Counted from the first letter of the stretch, positions 1-10,336 are shown. The stretch is 64,000 nucleotides of DNA from an uncultured Verrucomicrobiae bacterium (GCA_963813135.1 CAWEXY010000011.1:160001-224000); one strand, 5' to 3'. The notes: generated by a model from the letters alone, not told the origin. Numbers and translations: made by a program.

Positions 1-60
1 TCTACGATATCCTCTCAGCAGCGGACAACCATCCCTTTCTCGCAACCCAACAAGAGGCCT

Positions 61-1107
61 ATGACTACACCTTTGCATGTAAAGCCCTTTGACAAGCGTC
101 TGGCTGCCATCCACACAGGCGCCTCTACCTATCTCGACCATTTGGGCGTCCTGGCCATCCTCCTCGATCTACCCCTCATCGCCACCGACCCCCAAGTCTT
201 TCAAGACGCGAAGCGATTTTACCCAGAACTGCGCGCCGTTTATATGGACCCCAGCGAACTCTCTCTTCCCTTCCTCGCCCAAAATTTTGATGTTATCGTA
301 TCATCGGGACATTATTGGGCCGTCGAGCTCATTCCCCTGCTGAAACTTTTTTGCCAAAAAGAAATGCGCGTCATCTACTGCCCCCACGGCAACTCGGACA
401 AAGGGTGGTCGCGCACAAAACCTCTCCTCAAAGACCTCTCGTTCGTCTACGGCCCTCAAATGCTCTCTTGTTTAGACGACCTGTCCGGCTATATCGTCAC
501 AGGCAATTACCGCTATCCCTATTATCTGCAGCGGAAAGCATTCTACGACCAGCTCCTGGAACAAGAGTTAAATGGAAAGCTCGACCCTTCGCGCAAAACT
601 CTCCTCTATGCGCCCACATGGAACGATCCGGAAAATCCCACCACATTTTTTACCGCCTGCGAAAAGCTCTTGGCCGACGTGGGCCCTCGCTTCAATGTTA
701 TCGTGAAACTCCATCCGTTTTTGATCGATGATCATCCTATCGAGATCGAACGCATGATGCATCAGTTCAAAGACAGCGTCTTTCTTTTAAATTTTCCGCC
801 CATCTATCCCATCTTAGACCTCTGCGATGCCTACGTCGGTGATTTTTCTTCGATCGGTTATGATTTTCTCATTTTTGATAAGCCTCTCTTTTTCCTTACC
901 GAAAATCGAGGAATGTTAAGCGAGACGGGCCTTATCCTGCCTTCGCATGCGATCGGGCAATTTATCGAAGACAATTGGGACAGGGACTTTCATAGGGCGC
1001 GCCGTAAAATCTATGATTATGCTTTTGGGGAAGGACAGGATATGAATAAGGTTCGCGAGGAAATGGAAAGGGCCCTACTTTCCGCAGGGCCCAGAATCAC
1101 TACTTAG
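61..1107 (+). CDS. CDP-glycerol glycerophosphotransferase family protein (TagB/TagF-like)
   Basis: 348 aa. Motifs HGNSDKG, TGNYR, LLYAPTW, VKLHP and DAYVGDFSSIGYDFL are typical of the family. GAGG upstream of the ATG. Confidence 0.8.
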   Translation: MTTPLHVKPFDKRLAAIHTGASTYLDHLGVLAILLDLPLIATDPQVFQDAKRFYPELRAVYMDPSELSLPFLAQNFDVIVSSGHYWAVELIPLLKLFCQKEMRVIYCPHGNSDKGWSRTKPLLKDLSFVYGPQMLSCLDDLSGYIVTGNYRYPYYLQRKAFYDQLLEQELNGKLDPSRKTLLYAPTWNDPENPTTFFTACEKLLADVGPRFNVIVKLHPFLIDDHPIEIERMMHQFKDSVFLLNFPPIYPILDLCDAYVGDFSSIGYDFLIFDKPLFFLTENRGMLSETGLILPSHAIGQFIEDNWDRDFHRARRKIYDYAFGEGQDMNKVREEMERALLSAGPRITT

Positions 1108-1306
1108 CAGGAGCTACTTCTTTTTTCTCTTCAACTTTTTTAGTATCGACAACTTTTTTTACTTCTTCTTTCTTAGTTGTTTTTACTTCTTCTTTTTGAG
1201 TGTCTTCGAAAACGACTTCTTTTGTAGTCTCGTCGTTAGCGAGGAGCCCTACAGCGTTGATAGAAACGGTGAAGGCCATGATCAACATCCAAGTAATTGC
1301 GTGCAT
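1100..1306 (-). CDS. Small exported/membrane hypothetical protein with Lys/Glu-rich tail
   Basis: ATG at 1306 preceded by GGAGA. Hydrophobic N-terminus, then KEEVK-like repeats. The upstream ORF extension runs through a hairpin and is probably not translated. Confidence 0.6.
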   Translation of the reverse strand: MHAITWMLIMAFTVSINAVGLLANDETTKEVVFEDTQKEEVKTTKKEEVKKVVDTKKVEEKKEVAPAK

Positions 1307-1326
1307 AAAATCTCCGGTTTTAGTTG

Positions 1327-1415
1327 GGTAAGCATTCGGCGAGTCCCGCCCCCTATGAAGCTTGCGGCGACGGGCTGCTTCGCACATAGCGGGCCTGACT
1401 CGCCGAACGCTTACC
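1327..1415. repeat. Long palindromic hairpin element (~89 bp)
   Basis: GGTAAGCATTCGGCGAGTC (1327-1345) pairs with GACTCGCCGAACGCTTACC (1397-1415), 18/19. Inner stem GCCCGCUAUG/CAUAGGGGGC on the minus strand. Confidence 0.8.
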
Positions 1416-1459
1416 AGTTTTGCATAAAGAACAGCGCAAGATTACCGTTTTTTTCGAAA

Positions 1460-2404
1460 TTAGTCAATCGGCGGAAGAACGGTGACATAGGAGAGGAGAT
1501 CGAGAGAAGATATAGATGCCTTAGCCTCAATCTCATACGAACAAGCTCCCTCCTTAAGAGGGGCGATATTTTGAACATAGGCGACCCGAAAACCAGGGGG
1601 AAAAACCCCATCCAATCCCGAAGTAATCAGCAAGTCTCCTTTTTGGATCAGCGGCGTCTTTTCTCCTTGCCCCATCTGGCTCAACACTTCCCCTGTGCGC
1701 AAGGCTCGCGCCTCGCTCTCTTCATCGGCAAAATCGTAGTTAAATCCTACGCCCTTCAGATGAAGTCCACGCGAACGCCACAGAGGCTGGCTTGTCCCGA
1801 ACACTTCGCCTTTTGCCAAATACATTTTATCCCGCACCGCGCGTACCGCGACCGGCAATCCCGAATCAGAAATCAGCCTTACTTTTGACCTGCGATGGCC
1901 GACATATTCGACGACGCCGACGATTTGATCTCCGACGACGACCGGACTATTCTTAACGATCACACTTTTTCCAAGGCGTTCGTTGCTTCTCTCGCCGACA
2001 TTGATCCACAGCGATGAACTCCATGAAGCCGGTTCGCGGAAAATCACTTTTGCTAAAATGCCGCTGCCTTGCAGCTCCAAGCGCTCTAAAAACTCCGACC
2101 TGCGCCGATCAGAAAAAAGCTTGGCCTTTTCGTGTTCGTCCTGCAGCAAAGATTCCGAAATCACATATTGTTTGAGCATCTCCAGCTCGGCCTTCAAACT
2201 CTGATTTTCTTGCCGCAGCACATCGAGCTGCTTTGCGGCATCCGATGAAAAGAAAGCGGGAACGGCGGCCATCATGCGCCATACCGGAGCAAGGCTCCCT
2301 ACGGCAGCCGACCGAAAAAGATCCGAGCTGCGCGGTGAAAAGCTCAGCAGCGCAAAAAGGCAAAAGGCAAGAAAGCCGTACGGCTTATAAGACAGTCTCT
2401 TCAC
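1460..2404 (-). CDS. mreC: Rod shape-determining protein MreC
   Basis: N-terminal TM, coiled coil (LRQENQSLKAEL), AKVIFR, NSPVV..VGVV, GDLLITSGLDGVFPPGFRV. The GTG start overlaps the upstream stop (GTGA). Confidence 0.85.
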   Translation of the reverse strand: MKRLSYKPYGFLAFCLFALLSFSPRSSDLFRSAAVGSLAPVWRMMAAVPAFFSSDAAKQLDVLRQENQSLKAELEMLKQYVISESLLQDEHEKAKLFSDRRRSEFLERLELQGSGILAKVIFREPASWSSSLWINVGERSNERLGKSVIVKNSPVVVGDQIVGVVEYVGHRRSKVRLISDSGLPVAVRAVRDKMYLAKGEVFGTSQPLWRSRGLHLKGVGFNYDFADEESEARALRTGEVLSQMGQGEKTPLIQKGDLLITSGLDGVFPPGFRVAYVQNIAPLKEGACSYEIEAKASISSLDLLSYVTVLPPID

Positions 2405-3543
2405 AGCACACCCTTGGCTAGGCAGTCTATCCCATCCTCGTTTAGACCTGCAAGGTTGACTCTGCCATCTAGCGTCATATAAATCCCATATTCCTTTTTC
2501 AGCCGCTGGATCTCTTCCACCTTCAGATTCAACATCGCAAACAGGCCTTGTCCTTCCACAATATGCGGCATAGATAATTTCTCCGCTAATCGCCGCCGCA
2601 CGCTCTTCAACCTCGTCCGCATCGCCTGCAGCTCTTCTTCCCACATCTTTTTCAGCGCCGCATCACCCAAAATCATCGCGACAATTTTTCCCCCATGCGC
2701 AGGCGGATTCGAATAAAGACCGCGGATGATCGGCTTCACCTTCGATCCCACCTTCTTTGCCGCCTCTTCCGTTCCTGTCACAAAAAAAACAGCGCCCGTG
2801 CGCTCATTGTAAATCCCAAAATTTTTCGACTGCGTACAGGCCACCACCATCTCGTGACCCTCTTCCATGAACATGCGAACCGCCCCCGCATCTTCTTCCA
2901 CTCCCAGCCCCAGTCCCTGATAGGCGATATCAAAAAAGGGCAGCAGCCCTCCCGATTTACAGATCTTCGAAATTTCCTTCCACTCCTCGAGAGTAAAATC
3001 GATCCCCGTCGGATTATGGCACGAAGCCTGCAGCAAAACCGCTGTTCCTGGCGGCAAACCCTTGAGGAATTTTTTGCACCGCTCAAAATCTCCATAAGGA
3101 TAGCTCTCCACTTCCAATCCTGCGCGCGTAAAAATCTGCCGATGATTGGCCCAGGTGGGATCCGAATAGGCAATGCGCCCTCCCACTTCCTGCTTTAAAA
3201 AATCTCCCCCCACCCTTAACGCCCCTGTTCCCCCGGGAGTTTGCGCGCCAAAAATTGTTTTACTTTTGGCCATCCATATAAAATCGCCGAAGATGAGCGC
3301 TCCCATCCTCTCAATATAATTTTTATCCCCCTCGATCGGCAAATACGGCTTGGGCTCTGCCTTCATCCTCTTTTCGGCTTCTCGCACCGCGGCAAAGAGG
3401 GGAAGCTTCAGCATATCGTCTCGATAAATCCCGGCACACAGATCGATCTTCGTCGCCCGAGGGTCCTCGCGGAACTCCTGCGCCAGAGCAAAAATGGGAT
3501 CGGGCGGACCTGCCGCGACATGGTGAAAAAAAAGTTTAGCCAT
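2401..3543 (-). CDS. aspC: Aspartate/aromatic amino acid aminotransferase (class I PLP)
   Basis: PPDPIF, QTPGGTGAL, CHNPTG, DIAYQG, SKNFGIYNERTG (PLP lysine), GRVNLAGL. Confidence 0.9.
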   Translation of the reverse strand: MAKLFFHHVAAGPPDPIFALAQEFREDPRATKIDLCAGIYRDDMLKLPLFAAVREAEKRMKAEPKPYLPIEGDKNYIERMGALIFGDFIWMAKSKTIFGAQTPGGTGALRVGGDFLKQEVGGRIAYSDPTWANHRQIFTRAGLEVESYPYGDFERCKKFLKGLPPGTAVLLQASCHNPTGIDFTLEEWKEISKICKSGGLLPFFDIAYQGLGLGVEEDAGAVRMFMEEGHEMVVACTQSKNFGIYNERTGAVFFVTGTEEAAKKVGSKVKPIIRGLYSNPPAHGGKIVAMILGDAALKKMWEEELQAMRTRLKSVRRRLAEKLSMPHIVEGQGLFAMLNLKVEEIQRLKKEYGIYMTLDGRVNLAGLNEDGIDCLAKGVL

Positions 3544-3613
3544 ACCCACATTCTACCGAACACCGTTTTTTCGTATTGAAAAAACTCATCTCGCAGTAAA
3601 ATAGGTTCTCTTT

Positions 3614-3686
3614 GGGGCGTTAGCTCAGTTGGTAGAGCGCAACGATGGCATTGTTGAGGTCAGCGGTTCGAGACCGCTACGCTCCA
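3614..3686 (+). tRNA. tRNA-Ala (GGC)
   Basis: GGGGCGTTAGCTCAGTTGGTAGAGC...anticodon loop ATGGCAT...GGTTCGAGACC...ACGCTCCA. G3-U70 pair present. CCA not encoded. Confidence 0.95.
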
Positions 3687-3688
3687 AA

Positions 3689-3883
3689 TCATTTCTTCGT
3701 CCGATATGCCTGCTGCGGATGCGTAGGATCCTCGAAAATATATTCTAGTTCTTGAGCGATAAAAGTATTGTAGCCGCGGTTCGATTCGAAAAGCGGCATC
3801 GAGAAATTCGCTTTGACCATTTCTTCGCGCATCGTGCTAATGCCCGTCCCCTTCGCCTCAGCATATTGAATATCATTAAACAC
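3689..3883 (-). pseudogene. Remnant of an ATP-binding (RecG-C/HATPase-like, wHTH) protein
   Basis: EAKGTGISTMREEM..P.F and the C-terminal PTHPQQAY resemble the end of AlbA_2/HATPase_c_4 proteins. Only ~64 aa remain, abutting the tRNA 3' end. Confidence 0.55.
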
Positions 3884-3924
3884 CTGCGCGAGAATCTGAA
3901 TGAATCAAAGTCTAAAAGCTCTTA

Positions 3925-4839
3925 TCAGACGAAAAGTTTTGTCATTGACCCAGTCACCATCGATGTAAAAGCTTCCCATGGACTCGGGGCGGCCTTTGTC
4001 GGGATATTTTCTGCCGTCAGGTGCTGAAGGTGTTTCACAACATACGCCAGCAAGGTTGGTTTCTGTTCAAAATCCCAATGCCAAGGAAAACCATAAGGAA
4101 TTCTATTTGAGAAATTAAAAGTAGGATCTTCGATACACCCCTCAGGGTCTTTTTTATATATATTTTCTAATATCTCTTGAGCTCTAGTTAGGAGACGGAT
4201 TTCTTGGGATATATCCGGTGCATGTTTTGCAGCAACTACAAGATAGTTGGCTTGCTGTATGGTTGCTGCAGTATTCAAAGCAGGCCAAGCCTTCACTTGC
4301 CGTTGATAAATCCTAGCAATGGTCAGAGCCTCCTGATAAATCCTTCTATTTACGTAGTCATCGCGGCTAATGGAATCAGGGGAGCAAAACCAGTCCAGCC
4401 TCTTTAATACACCGATCTTATGAAGGGCCAACGCTAGCCGTTCTTCATCGGAAGTCTTTTTTATTTTATCTAAACTTTTTAGCTCGCGCGCCCAGCTTAC
4501 TTTTCTCGGAGTGAGTTGAGCTGGGTAATCAAATTGGCGAGAGGCTAAATCAAAACATCGTGCAGCAGCCTCAATATGGCTTTTGATAAATGGAGTTTTT
4601 TTAAAGGGGCGTAATTTATGAAGATAGGTCAGGCCCGCGTTCGTTAATGCTTCATGAGATACTTTTTCGCGATAAAAGAAGACCTCGTTAAAAGACAATC
4701 CTAGTTGGCAGTCGGTATCGGCATCCGGCTCTATAGGAACTGGAAGAAGAATGTCGGGGTGCATGAATCCGCAGTTGATGACGGGTTCAGCATAGGAAGT
4801 ATGATTTATCGGAGAGGGCGCGGAATGAACTCGTTCCAC
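3925..4839 (-). CDS. Hypothetical protein (possible secreted effector)
   Basis: 304-aa AT-richer ORF with AAGGA upstream and a Ser/Pro-rich N-terminus. No recognised family. Confidence 0.6.
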   Translation of the reverse strand: MERVHSAPSPINHTSYAEPVINCGFMHPDILLPVPIEPDADTDCQLGLSFNEVFFYREKVSHEALTNAGLTYLHKLRPFKKTPFIKSHIEAAARCFDLASRQFDYPAQLTPRKVSWARELKSLDKIKKTSDEERLALALHKIGVLKRLDWFCSPDSISRDDYVNRRIYQEALTIARIYQRQVKAWPALNTAATIQQANYLVVAAKHAPDISQEIRLLTRAQEILENIYKKDPEGCIEDPTFNFSNRIPYGFPWHWDFEQKPTLLAYVVKHLQHLTAENIPTKAAPSPWEAFTSMVTGSMTKLFV

Positions 4840-4963
4840 AATGATCCTTTTGTTGCATTGACACGTAAACGTTAACCCAGATTCAACTCTTTTTGCAATC
4901 GGTAAAAATGCTTAGATCGTTTTCTGCTCGACAAATCCTGCACGTTTTCCTACATTGCGAATT

Positions 4964-5431
4964 ATGCGCTTCCTCCGATGGCTCAAACATGAATTCTTCC
5001 ACGTCCTGCCGGCCTTTATTTTTTTCTACGTCTCCTTCAACCTCATTAATTTCACCGAAGGACTCATGATAAAAAAAGCAGGAATCCAACCCTTTGGATT
5101 CATCACCATATTTCTCGCTGCAGGAGTCGTCGCAAAAGTTCTCATCGCCATCGACTTCTTGCCCGTGCTCAATGCTTTTCCCCGCAAGCCGCTCATCTAT
5201 AACGTGATTTGGAAAACGATCCTCTATAGTTTGGCAAGCCTGCTTGCACGTCTTCTCAACCGTCTCTGGAATGACCATTTCGGCACGCCGCTTCAATCGG
5301 CCGAGTTTTGGGCCATTCAGATTTGGTATGTGATCCTATTTTTTGTTTTTGTCGCTGCCCGCGAGCTGACGTATAAAGTCGGACCGTCTAAAGTCCGTCA
5401 GATGTTCTTTGGGAAACCAAAGAAGGAATGA
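4964..5431 (+). CDS. Hypothetical integral membrane protein
   Basis: About 4 hydrophobic segments. ATG at 4964. Confidence 0.7.
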   Translation: MRFLRWLKHEFFHVLPAFIFFYVSFNLINFTEGLMIKKAGIQPFGFITIFLAAGVVAKVLIAIDFLPVLNAFPRKPLIYNVIWKTILYSLASLLARLLNRLWNDHFGTPLQSAEFWAIQIWYVILFFVFVAARELTYKVGPSKVRQMFFGKPKKE

Positions 5432-6376
5432 TCTCTTGCAGATCGCCGCACAAAAAATAATCTTCATCGCCTAAATATGCAGGCTGCTTGAGATCGACGG
5501 CGATGATTTTCCCTTGGGGATGATGATGTTTATACCATCCTAAGAAGCCTTTATCATCGGCGCTAAGGCCAATGCAGATGATCGCATCGATGGAAGAAGC
5601 TGTCGTTGGGTCGATCTCGTAGCGCAGGCGATCGCCCTTGATACGATAAGGCTTGATCCCTGTCCGCTCATGCAAATAATCGAGATTCTCTGTCACGATC
5701 TGCGTTTGCGACAACTGAGTTAATGCGGTATGAGCAGGCGTAGGCGGACTTAAAATACAGGCCTTATGAAAGTGTTTGATATACGCTGCAGCTTTCTCTG
5801 GATCCTGAACTATTTTCTTCAAGGAATCGATAAAGCGCTCTCCCTCTTCTAGATCCAAGCCTTTCATCAATTCTGCCATCATCGGAACTTGAGAGCCTGC
5901 TGAAATCCCGGCTCCTGTATAAAAAATGATAGCGGAATTCTTACATAGCTGCGCCAGCTGCTCTACTGTGATCGGCGCAGGGCGCGCGTTTCTAAAAGTT
6001 CTCGGTTCAAACGCTGTATAGGAAGAACTTTGTGCCGGCATCTCAGGAATCTCGAGGGGCTTTCCATAAGAAAAGACAAATGCCTTTTTTGAGGCTCCAT
6101 TGATTTCTCTGTCTTCTTTATGAAAAAGAATTTTTCCGTCTCTGTAAAGCTGTCAGGAAGTTGTACGAGAGCTATTTCAAAAAAAATACCGTTCCAATAT
6201 GTCTCAAACCGAAAATAGCCTTGATCCTTGAGAGAGCACCGCATATCTAAACTTTTGCTTTCAGCGCCAGTTTGGAGCTCCGCCTCGGTAATTCTTTCGG
6301 GTAAAGAGAGAAGTTCAACAGCAGCAGACAAAAAAGTCTGCTGCAACAAGCAAAAAATGGCTATCCAATAGCGCAT
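5388..6376 (-). pseudogene. Signal-peptide-bearing Sir2 (sirtuin)-like protein, split by one frameshift
   Basis: ORF 5963-6376 starts with a signal peptide. ORF 5388-6041 has YTGAGISA, PTPAH, VTENLDYLHERTG and ICIGLS. The downstream frame stays open back to ~6150, so a single indel joins them. Confidence 0.7.
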
Positions 6377-7048
6377 TTAGAATCTATAAGCGATGGTGCT
6401 TCTGAAGCCAAAATAGTCTTCAGCCGCTTTCGAGCCGTGCATATAAATGTTAAAAGGCTCGATGCGGATATCCCAATGCCGTTTGGGGCCGAAACGGAAA
6501 GTGAGGGGTACGCTGACATCAACTCCCACAATGGTCGATCCCCAGGTTGGCCCGCGTTTTTTTCCTGAAGAACCGCCCACCATGCCTTTTACATTCAATC
6601 CTAAATTGACAACAGAGTTGAACTCATGGTCATACAGAACGCCTGCCATTCCATAAACAATGGCGGGCCGCGCTTTGCGTTTGTGCCAACTCACCGTGAA
6701 ATATCCCCAATCCTCAACAACGGTTCTATGATCATGCCGTTCATAATCCTTAAATACGCCTACGCCAAGCACCGGTGTCAAATGATCTCGGCCATTGAAG
6801 AAGAAATTATAGCCCATACGGAATTCGGTCTCTAATATGACGCTGTGCTTATGGTTATAGGCTGCTGTGAGCCAAGCTTCGATTCCAGCGTAGAGAGCAT
6901 TGGGCTTGATGCGCTCATAGGCTTGATGCAATGGATCAAAAATAACAATTCGATTGTGGTGCTCGACGAAGGGGGTCGGTGTTTTCACCGGCTCTTTGGC
7001 GTATCCTATTCCTGCCAATAACAGCAGCGGAAGCAGTAACTTTTTCAT
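6377..7048 (-). CDS. Predicted outer-membrane beta-barrel protein
   Basis: Signal peptide MKKLLLPLLLLAGIGYA, amphipathic strands, C-terminal YRF. AGGAG RBS. Confidence 0.7.
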   Translation of the reverse strand: MKKLLLPLLLLAGIGYAKEPVKTPTPFVEHHNRIVIFDPLHQAYERIKPNALYAGIEAWLTAAYNHKHSVILETEFRMGYNFFFNGRDHLTPVLGVGVFKDYERHDHRTVVEDWGYFTVSWHKRKARPAIVYGMAGVLYDHEFNSVVNLGLNVKGMVGGSSGKKRGPTWGSTIVGVDVSVPLTFRFGPKRHWDIRIEPFNIYMHGSKAAEDYFGFRSTIAYRF

Positions 7049-7118
7049 GGAACAACTCCTGTTTCAGTTCAGATGAAAAACAAGTTTAGAACTGTCTAAG
7101 AGATTGTAGCAATGAAAA

Positions 7119-8783
7119 TTATTCGCCTTCGAGAAGATCGAGGAAGGCTTGAAGTTGCTTAGAACGCGTCGGATGGCGCATTTTGCGCAGCGCCTTCGCT
7201 TCAATCTGACGCACGCGCTCGCGCGTCACTTTAAAGCGCAGGCCCACTTCTTCGAGCGTCTTTGGTTTTCCATCGAGGAGTCCAAATCGTTCGATAAGCA
7301 CAGTGCGTTCGCGATCGGTGAGCGTCGCGAGCACTTCGCCCATTTTGTCTTTGAGGATGGCATAACCGGTCGCTTCCGCAGGAGATTCGGTCGACGTATC
7401 TTCGAGGAAGTCGCCAAATTGGCTCTCGCCCCCATCGCCGACTTCGGCTTGCAGGGAGATGGGATGCTGAGCGATTTTGTAGATCTCGCGGACGCGCTCA
7501 GGCGTTAGTCCGAGCTCAACGGCGAGCTCTTCAGGCGTCGGCTCGCGGCCTGTTTCCATCATCAATTTTTTGGCTCCGCGGAGCACTTTGTTGATCGTCT
7601 CGATCATGTGCACTGGAATACGGATCGTGCGCGCTTGGTCGGCGATCGCACGCGTCACCGCCTGACGGATCCACCATGTCGCATACGTGGAGAACTTATA
7701 ACCGCGCCGATACTCAAATTTCTCGACGGCCTTCATCAGGCCCATATTCCCTTCTTGGATCAGATCGAGGAAAGAGAGGCCGCGGTTCGTGTATTTCTTT
7801 GCAATCGAGATAACAAGGCGCAGGTTAGACTCGACCATTTCCCGCTTCGCTTCTTGGCTCTTATCGAGCCAGCGCTGGAGCATACGGACATCTTTTTTAA
7901 ACTCATCGAGCGTACGGCCCGCCGCCATTTCGCGCTTAGAGAGCTTGCGCTGAACGGCAACGAGTTTTGCTGCAGCAAATTTATTTTTCTCAGCGCGGGG
8001 GATCAGCTCTTGCATCTCTTTTTCGAGAGATAAGAATCGATCGTAGGCGGTGAGAATGACTTCGCCAAAGTCTTCGATGATGTTGTGGCGCAGATGCATC
8101 TGCCTTAAATAGGCTTGGTTGCGGATGCGGCATTTTTCAATATTTTCGAGAGTTTTAGCTTTATCGGCTTTTTTGCCTTGCGTATCGCGCAGCTCTTGCT
8201 GCAGCTTTTCTAAGACGTCGTCTTCGGCTTTAAGAAGAGAGCAGAGTTTGGGGAGCAGCGTGAGGAAAAGTTGTTTGTCGGCAACTTCCTTTTCGGAAAT
8301 CACCTTGTCAAATCGCTCTTTGCCCGTGATGAGGTAGGTCGCAATCGAGATCGCTTCTCTTGTGGAGTAGCGGAAACGCATGATAATTTTTTCAACTTGG
8401 ATCTGGGCCTTTTCAATCCGTTTAGAGATCTCGACTTCTTCTTCGCGCGTCAGGAGAGGGACCGAGCCCATCTCTTTGAGGTACATGCGCACAGGATCAT
8501 CGGCGGAGGCTTCGGCGCGCTTGGGAAGCGCTTCGAGTTCTTTCGCTTCTTTTTTACGCTCTTTCTGACGGTCGACTTCGGCTTGGTTCAGGACCTGAAT
8601 GTCCATTCCGCTCAAGAAAATCAAAACCTGATCGATCTGCTCGGGCGTGTCGAAAGACATCGGCAGAATTTCATTGATTTCCTCGTACGTGATGTAGCCT
8701 TGCTCTTTCGCAAGGCTGACGAGTTCTTCAACCTTCTGCTGCTGCTGCTGATTAAAAATGTTGGAAAAATTTCCTTTACTCAT
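7119..8783 (-). CDS. rpoD: Primary RNA polymerase sigma factor (sigma66/RpoD)
   Basis: [74 protein letters not shown]. Confidence 0.97.
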   Translation of the reverse strand: MSKGNFSNIFNQQQQQKVEELVSLAKEQGYITYEEINEILPMSFDTPEQIDQVLIFLSGMDIQVLNQAEVDRQKERKKEAKELEALPKRAEASADDPVRMYLKEMGSVPLLTREEEVEISKRIEKAQIQVEKIIMRFRYSTREAISIATYLITGKERFDKVISEKEVADKQLFLTLLPKLCSLLKAEDDVLEKLQQELRDTQGKKADKAKTLENIEKCRIRNQAYLRQMHLRHNIIEDFGEVILTAYDRFLSLEKEMQELIPRAEKNKFAAAKLVAVQRKLSKREMAAGRTLDEFKKDVRMLQRWLDKSQEAKREMVESNLRLVISIAKKYTNRGLSFLDLIQEGNMGLMKAVEKFEYRRGYKFSTYATWWIRQAVTRAIADQARTIRIPVHMIETINKVLRGAKKLMMETGREPTPEELAVELGLTPERVREIYKIAQHPISLQAEVGDGGESQFGDFLEDTSTESPAEATGYAILKDKMGEVLATLTDRERTVLIERFGLLDGKPKTLEEVGLRFKVTRERVRQIEAKALRKMRHPTRSKQLQAFLDLLEGE

Positions 8784-8824
8784 GAGACTATTTGAATATC
8801 CGTCCTTAGCCCGTTTAAGTCAAG

Positions 8825-9616
8825 ATGCAGCTGTACGCTTTGTTTCAAAATCAACCTATCCTTGCAAGCCATGCACACCAGGGCCGCGATTACCTATGCC
8901 CGGAATGCCGTTCGATCGTCCGCCCCCGAGGGGGCTTCCGTCGCCAGCGCCACTTCTATCACCTCAAAACGGCGACATCATGCCGGCAGCATCACAAAAG
9001 TGTACCACATCTGAAGATCCAACTCCACCTCAAATCTCTCATCCCCTCCATCTCCCTCGAAAAACCCTTCCCCACGATCGCCCGGATCGCCGATGCCGCC
9101 TGGGAGGATGCCAAGATAATATTTGAAGTTCAATGCTCCCCCATTTCTCCTGAAGAGGCCCGAAAAAGAACCGAGGACTATCGGTCGCTCGGCTGGCGCG
9201 TCGTCTGGCTCCTCTATGACCGCCGCTATAATAAAAGAAGTCTTTCACCCGCTGAACACTACTTGCGGTCTGCGGGCGCCTATTTTTTTTCGGGCCTCCA
9301 GATCTACGATCAGTTCGACGTTGTCCACCGCTTCCGCCGCCTCCATCGAGGGCCCCGTCTTCCCATCATCCTCCGCGAACCCCTCCCGCTTCCCAACATC
9401 TCCCATCCTCCGCAGGCGATCAAAACCCGCCTGTGGGAACTGGCCTTCCGCGGAGATCTTTTTGACCGCCTCTCCCAAGGGGCGGGCACCCGCGCTTTCC
9501 GCCGGGAGGAGCGGCTGGCCCGCCGCCAACGTTGGCTCCGAACCTTAAGCAGAAATTATTTAAAAATCCTTCACGCTCTCTTGGCCTTATATTCGAGCGA
9601 CCGGATGAGAAAATAA
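8825..9616 (+). CDS. CoiA-like protein (Zn ribbon + PD-(D/E)XK nuclease-like)
   Basis: CPEC...HFYH...C..H, RIADA...IFEVQCSPIS...RTEDYRSLGWRVVWLL. Confidence 0.8.
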   Translation: MQLYALFQNQPILASHAHQGRDYLCPECRSIVRPRGGFRRQRHFYHLKTATSCRQHHKSVPHLKIQLHLKSLIPSISLEKPFPTIARIADAAWEDAKIIFEVQCSPISPEEARKRTEDYRSLGWRVVWLLYDRRYNKRSLSPAEHYLRSAGAYFFSGLQIYDQFDVVHRFRRLHRGPRLPIILREPLPLPNISHPPQAIKTRLWELAFRGDLFDRLSQGAGTRAFRREERLARRQRWLRTLSRNYLKILHALLALYSSDRMRK

Positions 9617-9990
9617 AAATATCCTGTTACTCCTAGAGCTACGACCGAGTAAAGAATTTTCTTGTAGGGGAATGTTTTTTCTATAGCAACTATTTGAGGG
9701 TCCTTAGAATTGATCCAAAACGTCTGCATTTTGCCCTCGAGAGCCCGCGCCGCGCGCTCTGCTGAAGGCCCGTTGAGGTGGTAGGGCTCGCCCAAAAGAC
9801 AAGTTCGATTTTGAAAGTAAGCTTTTAATTCAAATTTTGACGGTCCCCGCCGGACAACCTCAACCCGCTCGACGACGGCGTCAACAGGAGCGCTGAGACG
9901 CCAATAAAGCCGCAGATCTTGAAAGGCTCCCCAGGCCAGCCATAGAAGGACCGCGCCTGGGAGCAGGGGAAGATACTTGCTGATAAACAT
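9571..9990 (-). CDS. Membrane protein with two TM helices (DUF3592-like)
   Basis: N- and C-terminal TMs flank a beta-rich loop. Lies between rpoD and rpsT as in other chlamydiae. Confidence 0.65.
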   Translation of the reverse strand: MFISKYLPLLPGAVLLWLAWGAFQDLRLYWRLSAPVDAVVERVEVVRRGPSKFELKAYFQNRTCLLGEPYHLNGPSAERAARALEGKMQTFWINSKDPQIVAIEKTFPYKKILYSVVALGVTGYFYFLIRSLEYKAKRA

Positions 9991-10033
9991 CTCTATGCGA
10001 TATTATAGGAACTCAACTTAAAAACGGATACTT

Positions 10034-10336
10034 ATGGCAGACGAAGCAAAAGCACCAGCAGCGAAAGAAAAAAAGAAAAACGGCAAAGTTCCTTCTGCAA
10101 AGAAGCGCGACTTGCAAAGCAAGAAACGTCAAGAGTGGAATTCTGCTTTTGCCGCTAGCGTACGCACAGCTGTCCGCCAATTTGAGATGTCCCTAGCTAA
10201 AGGCGACAAGGCCGAATCGATGAAGCGCCTGGATAACGTCTATAGTCTCATGGACAAAGGCGTGAAGACCAACCGCTTCAAGCTCAACAAAGCCGCGCGC
10301 ACCAAATCGCGCCTAGCCAGCCGCCTTCCCGCTTAA
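10034..10336 (+). CDS. rpsT: 30S ribosomal protein S20
   Basis: SAKKR.LQS.KR...N, DKGVK...NKAARTKSRL. Confidence 0.93.
   Translation: MADEAKAPAAKEKKKNGKVPSAKKRDLQSKKRQEWNSAFAASVRTAVRQFEMSLAKGDKAESMKRLDNVYSLMDKGVKTNRFKLNKAARTKSRLASRLPA

Noticed and set aside
1196..1888. 230-aa plus-strand ORF and the many other ORFs antisense to or nested in core genes
   Set aside because: They shadow well-supported genes (mreC, rpoD, dacB, recBCD, thrS and others) and have no recognisable motifs.
2405..2644. N-terminal extension of the mreC ORF
   Set aside because: It overlaps aspC in another frame. The GTG at 2404 coupled to the aspC stop is a better start.
6179..6186. A8/T8 tract as a phase-variation switch for the sirtuin-like gene
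   Set aside because: Both alternative frames hit stops soon after the tract, so the joining indel must lie further downstream.
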